Positions 10,701 through 21,645 of a stretch of 64,000 nt of DNA are shown one piece after another. How positions within the stretch are numbered: position 1 is the stretch's first letter; every line of letters begins with the position of its first letter. A program made the position numbers and the translations under genes. The stretch comes from Lama glama (taxonomy: Eukaryota), in contig CM052839.1 in the NCBI GenBank assembly GCA_028534125.1, positions 41,106,001-41,170,000 of the forward strand, in the 5' to 3' direction. The notes beneath the pieces were generated by a model, which ran no database searches, was not told the DNA's origin, and was given only the letters and a program-made list of their open reading frames with translations.

Positions 10701-13700
10701 TCCCTATTCCGACAACACCTGGTGTCCTGCAAGTCGATTCTCGCACTGACTCCCCACAGTTAGCACAGAACCCTCGGTCCCCTGAGACCCAGAAGACTCA
10801 GTCCCGTCAGACAGCCTGGCTGCAGACGCCAGCGCCCTCTGGGGATTCCCAGGCCCTTACGTTTCTGACAAACTGGCTACAACGTTGGGAGTTCCCATGA
10901 CCCCCCCCTTGGGTTGATCTTTGTTACAATAACTCAGAATGCAGAGACGTGCTATACTTAAAATTATAGGTTTCTCACAGAGGACAAAGGTCAGGACCAG
11001 CCAGATGAAGAGACGTGCAGGTCAGGGTCTGGGAGGGTCTGAATGCAGCGCTCCTGTGCCCGTTCCCAGTGGAGTCGGGGGGGCATCACCCTCCTGGGAC
11101 ACTGATGTGTTCACCAACCAGGAGGTTCCTCCCAGCCTTGGCGTCTATAGTTTCAGCTGAGGTTCATTACACAAGCCCGATTGACTGCATCATCGCCCAC
11201 GTGAATGACTTCAAACTCCAGCCCCCTTTACTTCCCTGAAGGTCAGGCTAGCTCAGAGCCCCAGATCTTCAATCACATGGTCGGTCCTTCCGGTGGCCAG
11301 CTCCCATCCTGAGTCACGCCATCTCTTAGCAAAAACTCAGGCAAATCCAAGGGGCTTATGAATAGCAAAGACACTCCTGTTACTAGGAAAATTCCCAGGA
11401 TTTACAGCCTCCCTTCCAGGAGCCAGGGGCAAAGGCCAGTTGGATTCTTTTTTTATATGTAGTTCCCTGTGCCAGACAGTAGGTCCTTGTTGTCTATCTC
11501 TTTTATGTATAGTAGTGGGGAAGGTTCTTAGGTCTACTGTGTGTGTATGCGGGGGGATTTAGGTTGGTGGGGGTGTGTCAGAGGGAGACTTGATACCGTC
11601 TACATTTTTTCCCACGTGACCTAGTCTATCTGTGGAAGCAAAGAGGGGAAGGCGTGCTTGGCCGCCCCACCCACCCCGCCCTTTTCCCCTCCAGGCTCCA
11701 AGTGCTGCTGCCCTTGTTAGCAGTTCTGCTGCTCCTGTTGGGGGGCATCTCATTGCTGGCCTGGAGAATGGTTCAGAGACAGAGCAAAGGTGAGTTACTC
11801 CTATACCCCACTCCCCACCCTGGAGGGCCAGGCTCTGCCCACACCCTCTTATCTTCGAGGCTCTGTGTCCTGGTTCCCCGGAGTGGTCATTGGATGCATC
11901 CTCTGAGACCACACATCCTGGGTGACCCTAGAGGCGGACCCCAGAGGAAGTGTCCCTAGGGTGGCAGATCCCAGCTATGGGAGGGGGCTTCTTGGAAAGA
12001 AGCTTTTCCCACGGTGGGCCTAGGGTGGGTGCTCAGGAAGCAATGTCCTTCTTCTGTCTAAACCCTTCTGTGACCTCCCACACACTCCGAAGTCCAGGCC
12101 CCCATAGGACAGTCAAGGCCCTCTGCAGTCTGGCTCTGCCTACCCCTCTGGCCATCCGTTCGCTCTGGAAGGCAGCCGTTCCCAGCTTTTCATCACTTGG
12201 CAAGAGCCACGACCTCAGTCTCCCCTTCTGAGTTTGCTCTGGGCAGCTGGGTTGCCTGCCCCGCCCTCTTTCCCCAGCTCACTCCTGGTCGGCCCTAAGC
12301 GATGCTCTCGGACTTCCTTTCCTCGGGGACCTTCTCCTGGCCCCCAAAGAGTAGCGTGGGGGCCCCTCCTGGGTGTCCTCTGGACCGCCACCATCATAGC
12401 CCTTTTCACAGCAGATTGTCTTCCTTGCCTGCCTCCGCACCAGCCCGTGCAACTTCTTAAGGTCAGGGACCCTGACTCCAGATGGCACACAATCAGTATT
12501 TGTTGAATGAATGTGGCATGTAATAGCTCCAGGGAGCTCCAGGCAGCCTGCAGTCCAGCCGCTCTCCTCTGAGCTCAGGTTAAAGAGAGGAACCTGGAGG
12601 ATGCACCTAGCCACTTATCTGGTGCTCAGTGAGTAGACGCTCAATCAGCACTTGAGTGAACTAACTGAATAAGAGGAACCGAGGGAGGAGTGGAGTTGTG
12701 AGCTTGCTGTTGGCTGGAGGCCCAAGGCCCACCTACAGGAGGGCAGCCATCTGCCTGGGGTGGGCTGTGAGCTGGAAGTCTCCTTCCTGTTCTAAGGGTT
12801 CCTTTTTTTCCCCCCAAAGATGCTATTTATTTTATTTTATTTTTAAATTTTTTTGCAGGGGAAGGTAATTAGGTTTATTCATTTTAGGGGCGGGGGTAAT
12901 TAGGTTCATTTATTTATTTATTTGTTTGTCAGTGGAGGTGCTGCAGATTGAACCCAGGACCTTGTGTATGCTAAGCACATGCTCTACCCCTGAGCTATAC
13001 CCTCCCCACTATTTTTAATTTTTTTCAACAGTGATACTGGGGATTGAACCCAGGACCTCGTGCATGCTTAGCATGCACTCTGCCACTGAGCTACCCCCGA
13101 CCCCCCCACCCCCACCTCCCACCCGATCTTTTCTAAGAGTTATTGATTCCATGCGCATAGGGCTCTTGGGAGAATGTTTGTTCATAGTTATGGAAGCTGA
13201 GCCTTTCAAGGCTGCAGTGAGACTGGAGGTTGCTAACTGGGAGTTGGTCCCTACTGGGGCCGGCCAGGGTCGGGGGACCCTGCCTTACCCTCTCATCTCC
13301 AGTACCCCATGGGGCCCAGCCTCTCCCCTCCAGCGCAGCTCAGGCCTTTCGGAGAGAAATCAGACTCAGTGTATTTGAGCTTGTTGATGGAAAGAAAAAA
13401 AAAACCCACTTCTTCCCCATCTGCTTCTCCTGTATCATGTTCGGGAAACTCTGCCTAAACTTCAGGCCACGCTGCCCCCCACATGGGGTTTCCCCAGCCT
13501 GGACGGCTTCAGATCTGTGGGTCCCAGACATCTCCTTGGCGCCCTTTCGCCTGATTAGTTCCCCATGCCCCGCCTTCTAAAAGAGGGGTGTGTGACTGCT
13601 GCAAAAAACTGGAAAAATAAGTAGAGGCACAAAGAAGGAAATAAATTCGCCATAATAATGATGGAAATTCCCACCGGCCGGAGAAAGCTCACCACTGGTG

Positions 13701-16700
13701 TTTGTGCTGCGTCGAAGTCTCTTGCTTATCTGATTTCTTAAAATGTTTGCTGCATACCGTGATTCCACTTAGATTTTCCTTTTCTTTTTTCTTTTTTCTT
13801 TTTTTTGCACTTCACAGATTGTATGATTTCCCCTGCTAATAGATGTTCTAAAAATTCCTGACTGCGGGTTGACTCGTGTGCGTGGGTTGCAGCTTGTTGA
13901 ACTAACCCTTGTTTAACAGGAGAAAGGCTTTCTGTTCAAGCAGCCAGTCGCTCCCCCTGCTTTGCGAGTCCCAGCTCCTGTGTCCTGAGCGCGTCTGGGG
14001 CTGTCTTCCCCGTGCCTCTGTCCCTGCCCCTCAGCCTGACGCCTGCCCTGTCCCCCGACTCCTGGTTCTTCCCCTCAGCCCAGTCTTGTCATTCACTCGC
14101 TCACTCACGCAGCAAAGCTGACGGAACTGCTGCTGTGTGCCAGGCCCGGTGCTGGGCTCTGGGGGACACGGTCTTGACCAGGGTAGACTGGGTTCCATCT
14201 TTAGTGGGCTTCCTGCCCAGCTGGCTGGCTGTCACCCAGCTCCCTCAATGCCACCTTCCTTCCTCAGTGATGGACTCCATGTCCTCCTCACCAGCCCCCT
14301 TCTTTCTTCCCATCAAAACCCCTGTCCCAGCCGAAGAGAGGGAGGGGGCGTGGAGCCGGGGGGACAGCATTTGGAACAAAACGTGTTCATACCTTATAGT
14401 GCCCAGTGGCGTGTTCTGTTGTGTTGACTGTCGGGGATCAGCAAACACTTCTGTCGTACAAGGTCTCTTGTCTCCTGGCTGTGGGTGTCTCACCTTTGAC
14501 TTTGGGGCTCCCCGAGTGGACAGTGTCTTTCTCTGCAGTGTTTAATGGAGTGGGCTCTAGAGTCACCTGGCTGTGCCCCTCGGCAAGGGCATTCTGGCTG
14601 CGTGGGCACCATCTGCTTGCCACCAGCTCCTGGGGCTCCAGGTCGAAAGGGCCGGGGAGCGAGGCACAGAGCTGCGCTCAGAGGCAGGACATCTGCAGAC
14701 CAACACTGCAGGTGCCAGAAGCAAAAGGCTGTGCGGCCTGACCAGTGATCCATCAGAGCTACCGGGACCTCCCATCTGGGAGGGACAGACCCCCAGGAAG
14801 GCAGTCGGAGCAGATGACCCTGGTGACTTCATGTAGTTTGACGCAGTTCTAGGTCTCTGCAAGGACACGTCCCTTCATTTTTTTCTTTTAAAAAAACTTC
14901 AGGGCTTGTTAAAACACTGGTTAAAACACTCCACCCCAGCATTTATGATTCAGTACATCTAGGGTGGGGCCTGCAGATCTGCATTTTTTAAATTACAGCA
15001 AAAATACATTAAAATACTATAAAATTTGCCATCTTAACCATTTTTAAAAATTGTAGTATGGTTGATTTGCAATGTTGTTAATTTCTGGTGTACAGCAAAG
15101 TGATTCAGTTATACATATATATAAAAATATATGTATATATTCTTTTTCATTATAGGTTTTCATGAGCTATGGAATACAGTTTCCCATGCTATACAGTGGG
15201 ACCTTGTTGTTTATCCATTTTGCATATAGTAGTTCACCATCTGAACCATTTTTAAGTTTACAGTTCAGTGGTGTCAAGTATATTTACTTTGCTGTCAAAG
15301 AGATCTCCAAAGCTTTTTCATCACGAAGACAGCTCCTTTTAAATGAGTTTCCTTCCTTTCTTGCCTTCTCTCACCTGGGAACTTTTTTTTTTAATAGAGC
15401 TACTGGGGATCGAACCCAGGTCCTTGTGCCTGCTGAGCGCACACTCTACCACTGAGCTATTCCCCACCCACCGGAAACATTTTTCTGAGTGACTTTTGAG
15501 GACTAGGTTTGTTTGGCCCCTCTCCCCAGGCTGGAGCCTTCCTGCCCATTCGTTTATTCACTCATTTATTTCCTCATTCACTAATTCACCCACTCAGCAA
15601 GCCCTTGAGTTCCTACCATGCTGCAGACCTGAAGTGACAGGTCCCCAGAACTTGTCCGAGGGCAAGGCCTTCCTCCAGGTGGATCACAGGGTGCCCCATC
15701 CCCGTCTTGTTCTGGGATTCGACCTCCTTACTCTTCTCTTGTCTCTTTAGCTGGTAAGAATCCAGAACCACCCCAGAACCCCAGTCAGGTAAGAAAGGCT
15801 CCGGCAGGAGGAGTGTCGGGTGGCTGGGGGGAACCGCAGAGGATGCTGGCGGAGCAGGGGGGTTGAAGTGTCCCTCGGGCAGTGGAGGTCTGCATGGATC
15901 CTACGTGGATGGGGCGAGGTGCTCCTCCACAGCGGGAAGAACGATGCCTGGGAGATCTGTCACTGGGTCTTGCCACGGGTTCTGGCCAGTCCCTTCCCTT
16001 CCCAGGGAAGGGGGAATGAGGGAGGGTCCTCCCAGCCCAGCCGCTGACCTGACCATTCAGATACTCCCCAGAGAGGACCAGAGTGAGGGAAGGGAGGGGG
16101 GGAAGGCTGGGGCTGGGGCTGGGGCACCCAGAGCACTGAGAGAAAGGAGATGTTTGCAGAGAAGCAGGGATAGAGGCCTCTCTGGGCTGGACCACGGAGG
16201 GGCTCTGTGGACACCCACCAAGCCCCGCACCTCCTACCCACCCCAGGCTGCTGAGCAGAGTGAGCCCTGCTATGCAAATGTGGAGCTGCAGACGTGGCCC
16301 CCTCCGGCAGAGCCCCGGCAGCCTGCCTGGGAGGCGGAGGATGTGGGGTGCAGCACGGTGGTGAGTGCAGGGGCTCAGCTCCTGTAACGGGGAGGGGGGA
16401 CCCGGGCTCCCCGGTCTTGTGCTTCCCTAGGACGAGGACGCACAGAGAAAGGGGCAAGTGCAGATTCTGCTGAGCTCAGTGTCTTTGTAGCTGGGGATGG
16501 GGGTGGGAGATGAGGGGCTATTGGGATGGCAGGTGGCAGTCAATAGTCAATAAAGTACAGCATTTATTAGGCCCCTACTATATATCACGTACCCAGCATT
16601 AAAACCTCTGACTTCTCACTGTTTTGGTCCCATTGTCTCTGGTATGATCCCCGCTTCTCCGATTTGTATCAATGACCCCCTGTAGGTCAGCCCTTAGGCA

Positions 16701-17273
16701 CAGTCATTGTAAAGTAAACTAATGGAAGAGGCTGCCCACCCCTCCAAGGTCGTGACCCGTTAGTGGAAGAGTTTCGGCTGAGGGGTCAGTTGTCAGAGAA
16801 GATGAGGGAGAAGGTTTCCACATCAGACACGTGGCCCTGGGACCAGCCACATCCGTTTTTCTAACTTGGTGACTAATGATCTCAAAGTGGGTCCCGGAGA
16901 CTCCCCCAGCTCTGGTGCCGGGGACTTTGTGCTGTGTCTTGATCAGATGGGGTGGAGCAGGTGGGTGGACAGGATCTTGGAGCCCAGTCCTTGTGGGAGA
17001 AAGAGGACAGGGCAGTGGGGAAGTGTAGAGCCACCTCCTTCCCAGCGGAGACTCCCCGGGTTCCCCTCTGGCGTGCCCCACCCTCCAGCCTAAGCTGGGG
17101 GTTCGTGCTCCCCGACCCCCCTGTCTCTGTCTCTGCAGAGGCCCCCCGGTGAAAGTCTTCACTACACCACGGTGGTGTTTGACTCACCAAGACAGGATTC
17201 CAAGGCCGACAGGACATCCTCCCCGGGGCCCCAGAAGCAGGAGCCAGTGTACAGCCTGGTTAAGAAGACATAA
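4650..17273 (+). CDS. CD300A: CD300A inhibitory receptor (CMRF35-like molecule 8), 309 aa; join(4650..4710,9066..9395,10003..10159,11695..11789,15751..15788,16247..16360,17139..17273)
   Basis: All introns GT-AG with matching phases (1,1,2,1,0,0); leader, IgV, S/T stalk, uncharged TM, tyrosine-motif tail; tail collinear with human CD300A (LLAWRM, QAA.QSE..YAN.EL, LHY..VVFDS, YS.V.KT*); opposite strand to the rest of the cluster as in human. Confidence 0.92.
5713..6154 (+). mobile_element. Internally deleted Tigger1-type (TcMar) DNA transposon
   Basis: Begins TA|CAGGCGTAGCTCG and ends GAAGTATGGCTG; both ends resemble Tigger termini joined directly. Confidence 0.75.
7141..7272 (+). repeat. GA-rich low-complexity tract
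   Basis: Degenerate (GA)n/(GACA)n. Confidence 0.8.
7790..7900 (-). mobile_element. MIR fragment
   Basis: CCATTTTATAAATGAGG..TGAAGCTCAGAGAGGTTAAGTAACTTGCCC..CACACAGCT core. Confidence 0.7.
9066..9395 (+). CDS. CD300A: CD300A exon 2, IgV domain
   Basis: TTTTCCAG acceptor, G|GTGAG donor, 330 nt; [37 protein letters not shown]. Confidence 0.95.
10003..10159 (+). CDS. CD300A: CD300A exon 3, mucin-like stalk
   Basis: ASTPAPMSTPPTTTKTSTTT...VLDQR; CAACAG acceptor, AG|GTAAGG donor; phase 1 to 2. Confidence 0.9.
10700..11460. mobile_element. MER21-like LTR element
   Basis: CAGACGCCAG, AACTGGCTACAA..GTTCCCATGACCCCC and CCAGGAGCCAGGGGCAAAGGCCAG motifs recalled from the MER21 family; ends approximate. 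Confidence 0.55.
11695..11789 (+). CDS. CD300A: CD300A exon 4, uncharged transmembrane segment
   Basis: RLQVLLPLLAVLLLLLGGISLLAWRMVQRQSK; AG acceptor, G|GTGAGT donor; phase 2 to 1. Confidence 0.93.
12825..13098 (-). mobile_element. Two adjacent tRNA-Ala-derived SINEs (vic-1-like)
   Basis: Two reverse heads (GAACCCAGGACC..TGAGCTA..CCCC) and a duplicated GGTAATTAGGTT tail module. Confidence 0.85.
15050..15230 (-). mobile_element. L1 3' end fragment
   Basis: TACAGCAAAGTGATTCAGTTATACATAT..TATTCTTTTTCATTATAGG pattern. Confidence 0.7.
15383..15465 (-). mobile_element. tRNA-derived SINE (vic-1-like)
   Basis: Poly-T followed by reverse A/B-box head. Confidence 0.8.
15751..15788 (+). CDS. CD300A: CD300A exon 5, cytoplasmic (AGKNPEPPQNPSQ)
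   Basis: Strong pyrimidine tract + TTTAG, donor CAG|GTAAGA; aligns with human AGDHSELSQNPKQ. Confidence 0.9.
16247..16360 (+). CDS. CD300A: CD300A exon 6, cytoplasmic (AAEQSEPCYANVELQTW...DVGCSTV)
   Basis: 114 nt, phase 0-0, CCCCAG acceptor and GTG|GTGAGT donor. Confidence 0.92.
17139..17273 (+). CDS. CD300A: CD300A exon 7 (RPPGESLHYTTVVFDSPRQDSKADRTSSPGPQKQEPVYSLVKKT*)
   Basis: CTCTGCAG acceptor, canonical ITIM LHYTTV, distal YSLV, TAA stop. Confidence 0.93.
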   Translation, partial: RPPGESLHYTTVVFDSPRQDSKADRTSSPGPQKQEPVYSLVKKT

Positions 17274-17479
17274 GCTTGCATCTCCAGCCTTGCCATCTGG
17301 AGGCCTCTGTGGGGCACAGGAAGCCTAGGGATGACCCCTCAGCCCTCACCCACGTCCGCCAACACCGCTTCTCTTGATGGTGACCAACAAGGCAGCTGGG
17401 CTCCCGAGGGCCAACCCTCGTGCGCCATCAGCCAGGCTGGCTTCATTGAGGACGAGTGGGAATGTGATTCTGGAAGGAC

Positions 17480-17979
17480 NNNNNNNNNNNNNNNNNNNNN
17501 NNNNNNNNNNNNNNNNNNNNNNNNNNNNNNNNNNNNNNNNNNNNNNNNNNNNNNNNNNNNNNNNNNNNNNNNNNNNNNNNNNNNNNNNNNNNNNNNNNNN
17601 NNNNNNNNNNNNNNNNNNNNNNNNNNNNNNNNNNNNNNNNNNNNNNNNNNNNNNNNNNNNNNNNNNNNNNNNNNNNNNNNNNNNNNNNNNNNNNNNNNNN
17701 NNNNNNNNNNNNNNNNNNNNNNNNNNNNNNNNNNNNNNNNNNNNNNNNNNNNNNNNNNNNNNNNNNNNNNNNNNNNNNNNNNNNNNNNNNNNNNNNNNNN
17801 NNNNNNNNNNNNNNNNNNNNNNNNNNNNNNNNNNNNNNNNNNNNNNNNNNNNNNNNNNNNNNNNNNNNNNNNNNNNNNNNNNNNNNNNNNNNNNNNNNNN
17901 NNNNNNNNNNNNNNNNNNNNNNNNNNNNNNNNNNNNNNNNNNNNNNNNNNNNNNNNNNNNNNNNNNNNNNNNNNNNNNN
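17480..17979. other. Assembly gap (500 N)
   Basis: Run of N; the fixed size suggests a scaffolding placeholder. Confidence 0.99.
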
Positions 17980-18987
17980 ATCCTTTTCACAGATGTAAAA
18001 GCTGAGGCCCAGGGAAGTGAGGGCGTGCACCCGAGTCCGCGCGGTTTGTGCAGAGCCTGGATTCTGGACCCGGCTCTAAGGAGACCTGAATCAATTCTTT
18101 GTGCTGAATTCCTCCATCTGTGAAGGAGGCTTGAGACTAGGCTTGGAAACCAGCCGGAGCTGGTGGTAAGGACGGGTGGGATGGATGACGTAGAAGTGGG
18201 GTTTGAGCTGTTAGAATGCGGTGCGTGCGTGTGTTATGAAACATCAACACTGACTCATGATGTAAGTTCCCTTTCTCTCTTCTCACATCTGCCCACAACG
18301 AGGCCGATTCTTTCTGACCTCCCTCTGTGGGCTCTTCTCCTCGCTGGTGAATTTTAGAGTCAGCAGAGCGATTTAATGAGGACACACGGGGGTGATGCTG
18401 AGATGAGAGGAAGGAGGACTGTGAGGATTTGGAGCCCAGCGACGGGCGGATGCACTGGTCCCCTCGGGGGTCATTCTGCTTCAGAAAGCGGGCCATGGAG
18501 ACCCTGGTTTCATCTGGTTGGACCAATCCCCCCAAGTGCTTTTGGGGCTGATGGAGTTAGGAGATGAGGCAGAGACAGCATTCAGAGGTCTCCTCCTGTT
18601 GCATCACTTTGGTGAATTTACCCAGTCTGGTCCACATCTTTGCAAAGCTAGAGCCCAGACTCCATCCAGACGAGCAGAGATGTCCAGGCTCCATGATGAC
18701 TCAACTCAAGAGATTTATTTTGGAGACGCTCCCTTCCAGGCACCTGAATGCCTTGACCCCCATGTCCAGGCATGCTTCAGTGCCTCTCTCCAGTTTTCCG
18801 GTCTCAGCCACTGGGAGGTTGCCTGAATCATGGAACAGGCAGAAAGTAGCTCATAAGCTTGGGCTGCCTCTAGTGTCCCTGCACCGGGGGCGCCTCCTTC
18901 TGCAGCCAGGCTGGCCTCAAATGCCCCTCATTCCTTCAGTTCCATCTCCAAATATTCTGCTACTGGCATCACGTTCTTTGTTTAGAG

Positions 18988-19805
18988 TAGAGTTTCTCAA
19001 CATTTGCAGTATTCAGGGTTTTTTTGAGTGATTTAAGATACGATTCACATACTATAAAATTCCCCCTTTCAAAGCATACAATTCAGTGGTTCTTAGCATG
19101 TTCACAAAGTCGTGCAATCACCGCCGCTGTCTAATTGCAGAACATTTTCATTATTCCAAAAAGAAACCCTGTACGCGTCAGCATCACTCCCCATTCCCCC
19201 CACTTTCCTTCCCTCAGCCCCTGGCAGCCACTGATTTACTTTCTGTCTCTATCGATTGACCTATCCTGGACACGTCGTATAAATGGAATCATACAACATA
19301 TGGCCTTTCGTGTTTGACTTCTTTCACTTAGCATAACGTTTTCAAGGTTCATCCACGTTGTAGTGTGCATCAGTACTTGGCTCTTTTCTGTGACTCCATC
19401 ATATCCCATTATATGGATAGACCACATTTTTATTGATTCATCAATTAATGGACATTTGGGTTGTTCACACCTTTTGATCACTGTGAATAATACTGCTATG
19501 AACTATCATGTGCAAAGTTTCATGTAGATGTTTCTTTTCAATTCTCTTGGGTCTACACCTACGGTTGAATTACCTGCTCATGTGGTAACTCAATGTCTAG
19601 TTTTGTTTACCGGTATTTTGGATGAGATAAGTCTTTGTTGTGAAGAGCTGTCCCGTACGTTGTAGGATGTTTGGCAGAATCCCTGGCCTCTACCTAGGAG
19701 ATGCCAATGGTACCCCCACCCCAAATGCTCACCTATTGTGACAAACAAAATTGCCTCAGACATTGCCAGATGTTCCTCGTTGTCTTGTCCCTGGTTGAGA
19801 ACCTC
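18988..19805 (-). mobile_element. MER20-like hAT element interrupted by an old L1M 3' fragment (~19020-19600)
   Basis: GTTTCTCAAC end at ~18990; element resumes at ~19614 (GTAGGATGTTTGGCAGAATCCCTGGCCTCTACC..GGTTGAGAACC); L1M-type sequence in between. Confidence 0.7.
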
Positions 19806-19845
19806 TAGTTTAGAGGGTTCATTTGGCTTATTAAAGTGAAGTCAA

Positions 19846-19987
19846 GGGGGAGGGTATAGCTCAGCGGTAGAGCGCATGCTTAGCATGCATGAGGTCATGG
19901 GTTTGATCCCCAGTACCTCCAGTTAAATAAAAAAATAATAATAAATAAAATTAATTACCTCCCTGCCCCCCAAAAAACAAAACAAAA
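19846..19987 (+). mobile_element. Full-length vic-1-like SINE
   Basis: GGGGAGGGTATAGCTCAGCGGTAGAGCGCATGCTTAGCATG head; 13-bp TSD TAAAGTGAAGTCA (19832-19844 / 19988-20000). Confidence 0.92.
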
Positions 19988-21285
19988 TAAAGTGAAGTCA
20001 CGTCATGACCTTGGTCCTTTGGGCCTGGAAGACATTCCATGTGTCTCTCTAAATTTCCTCTTTCCCTGCCCTCCAATTTAAATTAAGTTGAGTTTTATTT
20101 TAAGCTAACTTGTCCTCACAGAGTCAGGCCCCACTCTCGTGCTGGCAGCCACGCCATTCTCTATCATTTCCTCATTCCTTTCTTTACCATCCATTTATTA
20201 ACGGCCTACGGGGCACCAGGTGCTGTCCACCCACTGGGCGGTGGGGAAATAACAAGATAAGAAGGTTCCTGCTTTGCAGCGTTCCTCTTCCTCCTTCTGC
20301 TCATCGCCACCAATAACAAACGTCGGAGAGAGGGCTCAAGTGTTTTCGAAATTTAAAATGGGAAGCCTGCTAGAAGCGCTTACGTCTATGCCCTCACTGT
20401 ACATGGGACACCGGGAGGGAAATGGTAGCACGAGGACCACCGTCCCCACAAGGATGTTCCCACTGCGGGGTTCCTTTGCTCCTGGAATTCAGGATTGGGT
20501 CCGCTCCTCCTGGTATAGCCAAGCCCTGACTTCCTTAGGGTCCCTTATGGACCCAGTCTTGTCAGATGATGTGCAAATCCAAGGTGTTTTTTTTTTTTTA
20601 GTCTAAAAAGTTTATTTTTGAGTCTAAAGGGCTTAAGAGAGTTATTCAATAGAGGAAAGACTGGAAAATCCTTATAGCTGCCACCTGCAGCACCCAGATG
20701 GGGAGAGAGTGTCGGCTTTCTATTATCCTGGTGGTATAATCTGTGTTTTTTTCCTCACTGCTGGTTTGTGTGGGTGGCAAATCCCAGCATGTCAAGGGCC
20801 CACGAGAAGTGCTCATCACCAGGCGAGGCACCAGAAGACACACCAAGTCCCCCCAGCTCCTGTATGAACTTGGGGGTCAGGTGGCCTCCATGGAAATGAT
20901 CACTAATGGGTGGGAGGCGATGTCACTGTCAGAGGGCAAACTAGATTCTACGGCCACGGCCACGCACAGAGGACCTCCCAACTGGGGACCCTGGGCTGTG
21001 CCTTGTAGACGTTCTTCCTCTTCCTGCTCCCAGGTTTGTGCCGGCAGCGCCACATCTTTCTTTGGCTGATAACACTTGAGGATGCCCTAAAGTTCAGGCA
21101 TATCCCCCCTGGCAACAGGGAGGCGAACTGAGCTCAAAGGCCTCCAGCACCTGAGGGCCAGTTATTCCCCGATAAATCTAAAAGATTTAGGCTGCTGAAT
21201 AAAGTCTTAATACTTTTTTTTTCAACCAGGGCCACCATCACCCGGGTTTATCCCTAGAACCTGGAAAGGCATCATGGCTTATACA

Positions 21286-21465
21286 AGACTCGAGATGTGA
21301 GGAGCCTGTACCCTTATGGAGCCTCCTGTTTGCAAAAAGGAAATTGCCGTTGCCCTGGAGGAGACTGACCTGGGCAAGTGAGGAGAGGAGGAAAGGGTGA
21401 GGTTCCCAAGGCTGCAGCCCACAGAGAAGCCCCGGCCGAGAGGGGTGGGTGAGAGAGCAGGGAGT
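21286..21465 (-). pseudogene. Possible relic of a CD300-type 3' UTR/flank, similar to 50399-50582
   Basis: Collinear similarity by eye to the CD300E 3' region (CCTCCTGT.TGCAA.AAGGA, CCCTGG..GA.ACTGA.CTG, GGAGAGGAG.AAA.GG). Confidence 0.45.
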
Positions 21466-21645
21466 TTGTCATGTTCACATAAACCGAGGTACAGGGGTTC
21501 AGGAAGACTCAAGACAAGCCAGAGGACAGAGGGTTCTGTAGGAAGGCTCCTGAAGCACACACCTCGGTCGCCGTCTACCCAACTTCCACTGCCCCAAAGT
21601 GGAGCGCCACCTTGTCTGGGTGTGGTGGTCCCAACTCTCCTCCAG

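Noticed and set aside
17136-17141. Tandem acceptor CAGAG at CD300A exon 7
   Set aside because: The downstream GAG acceptor is weak and out of frame; no evidence of use
17331-18123. Long ORFs spanning N runs (also 43457-44113)
   Set aside because: Artefacts of translating assembly gaps
19846-19920. tRNA-Ala-like sequences here and at about 11 other sites
   Set aside because: Each has an A-rich tail, most share an AATTACC tail module and several have TSDs: these are SINEs, not tRNA genes
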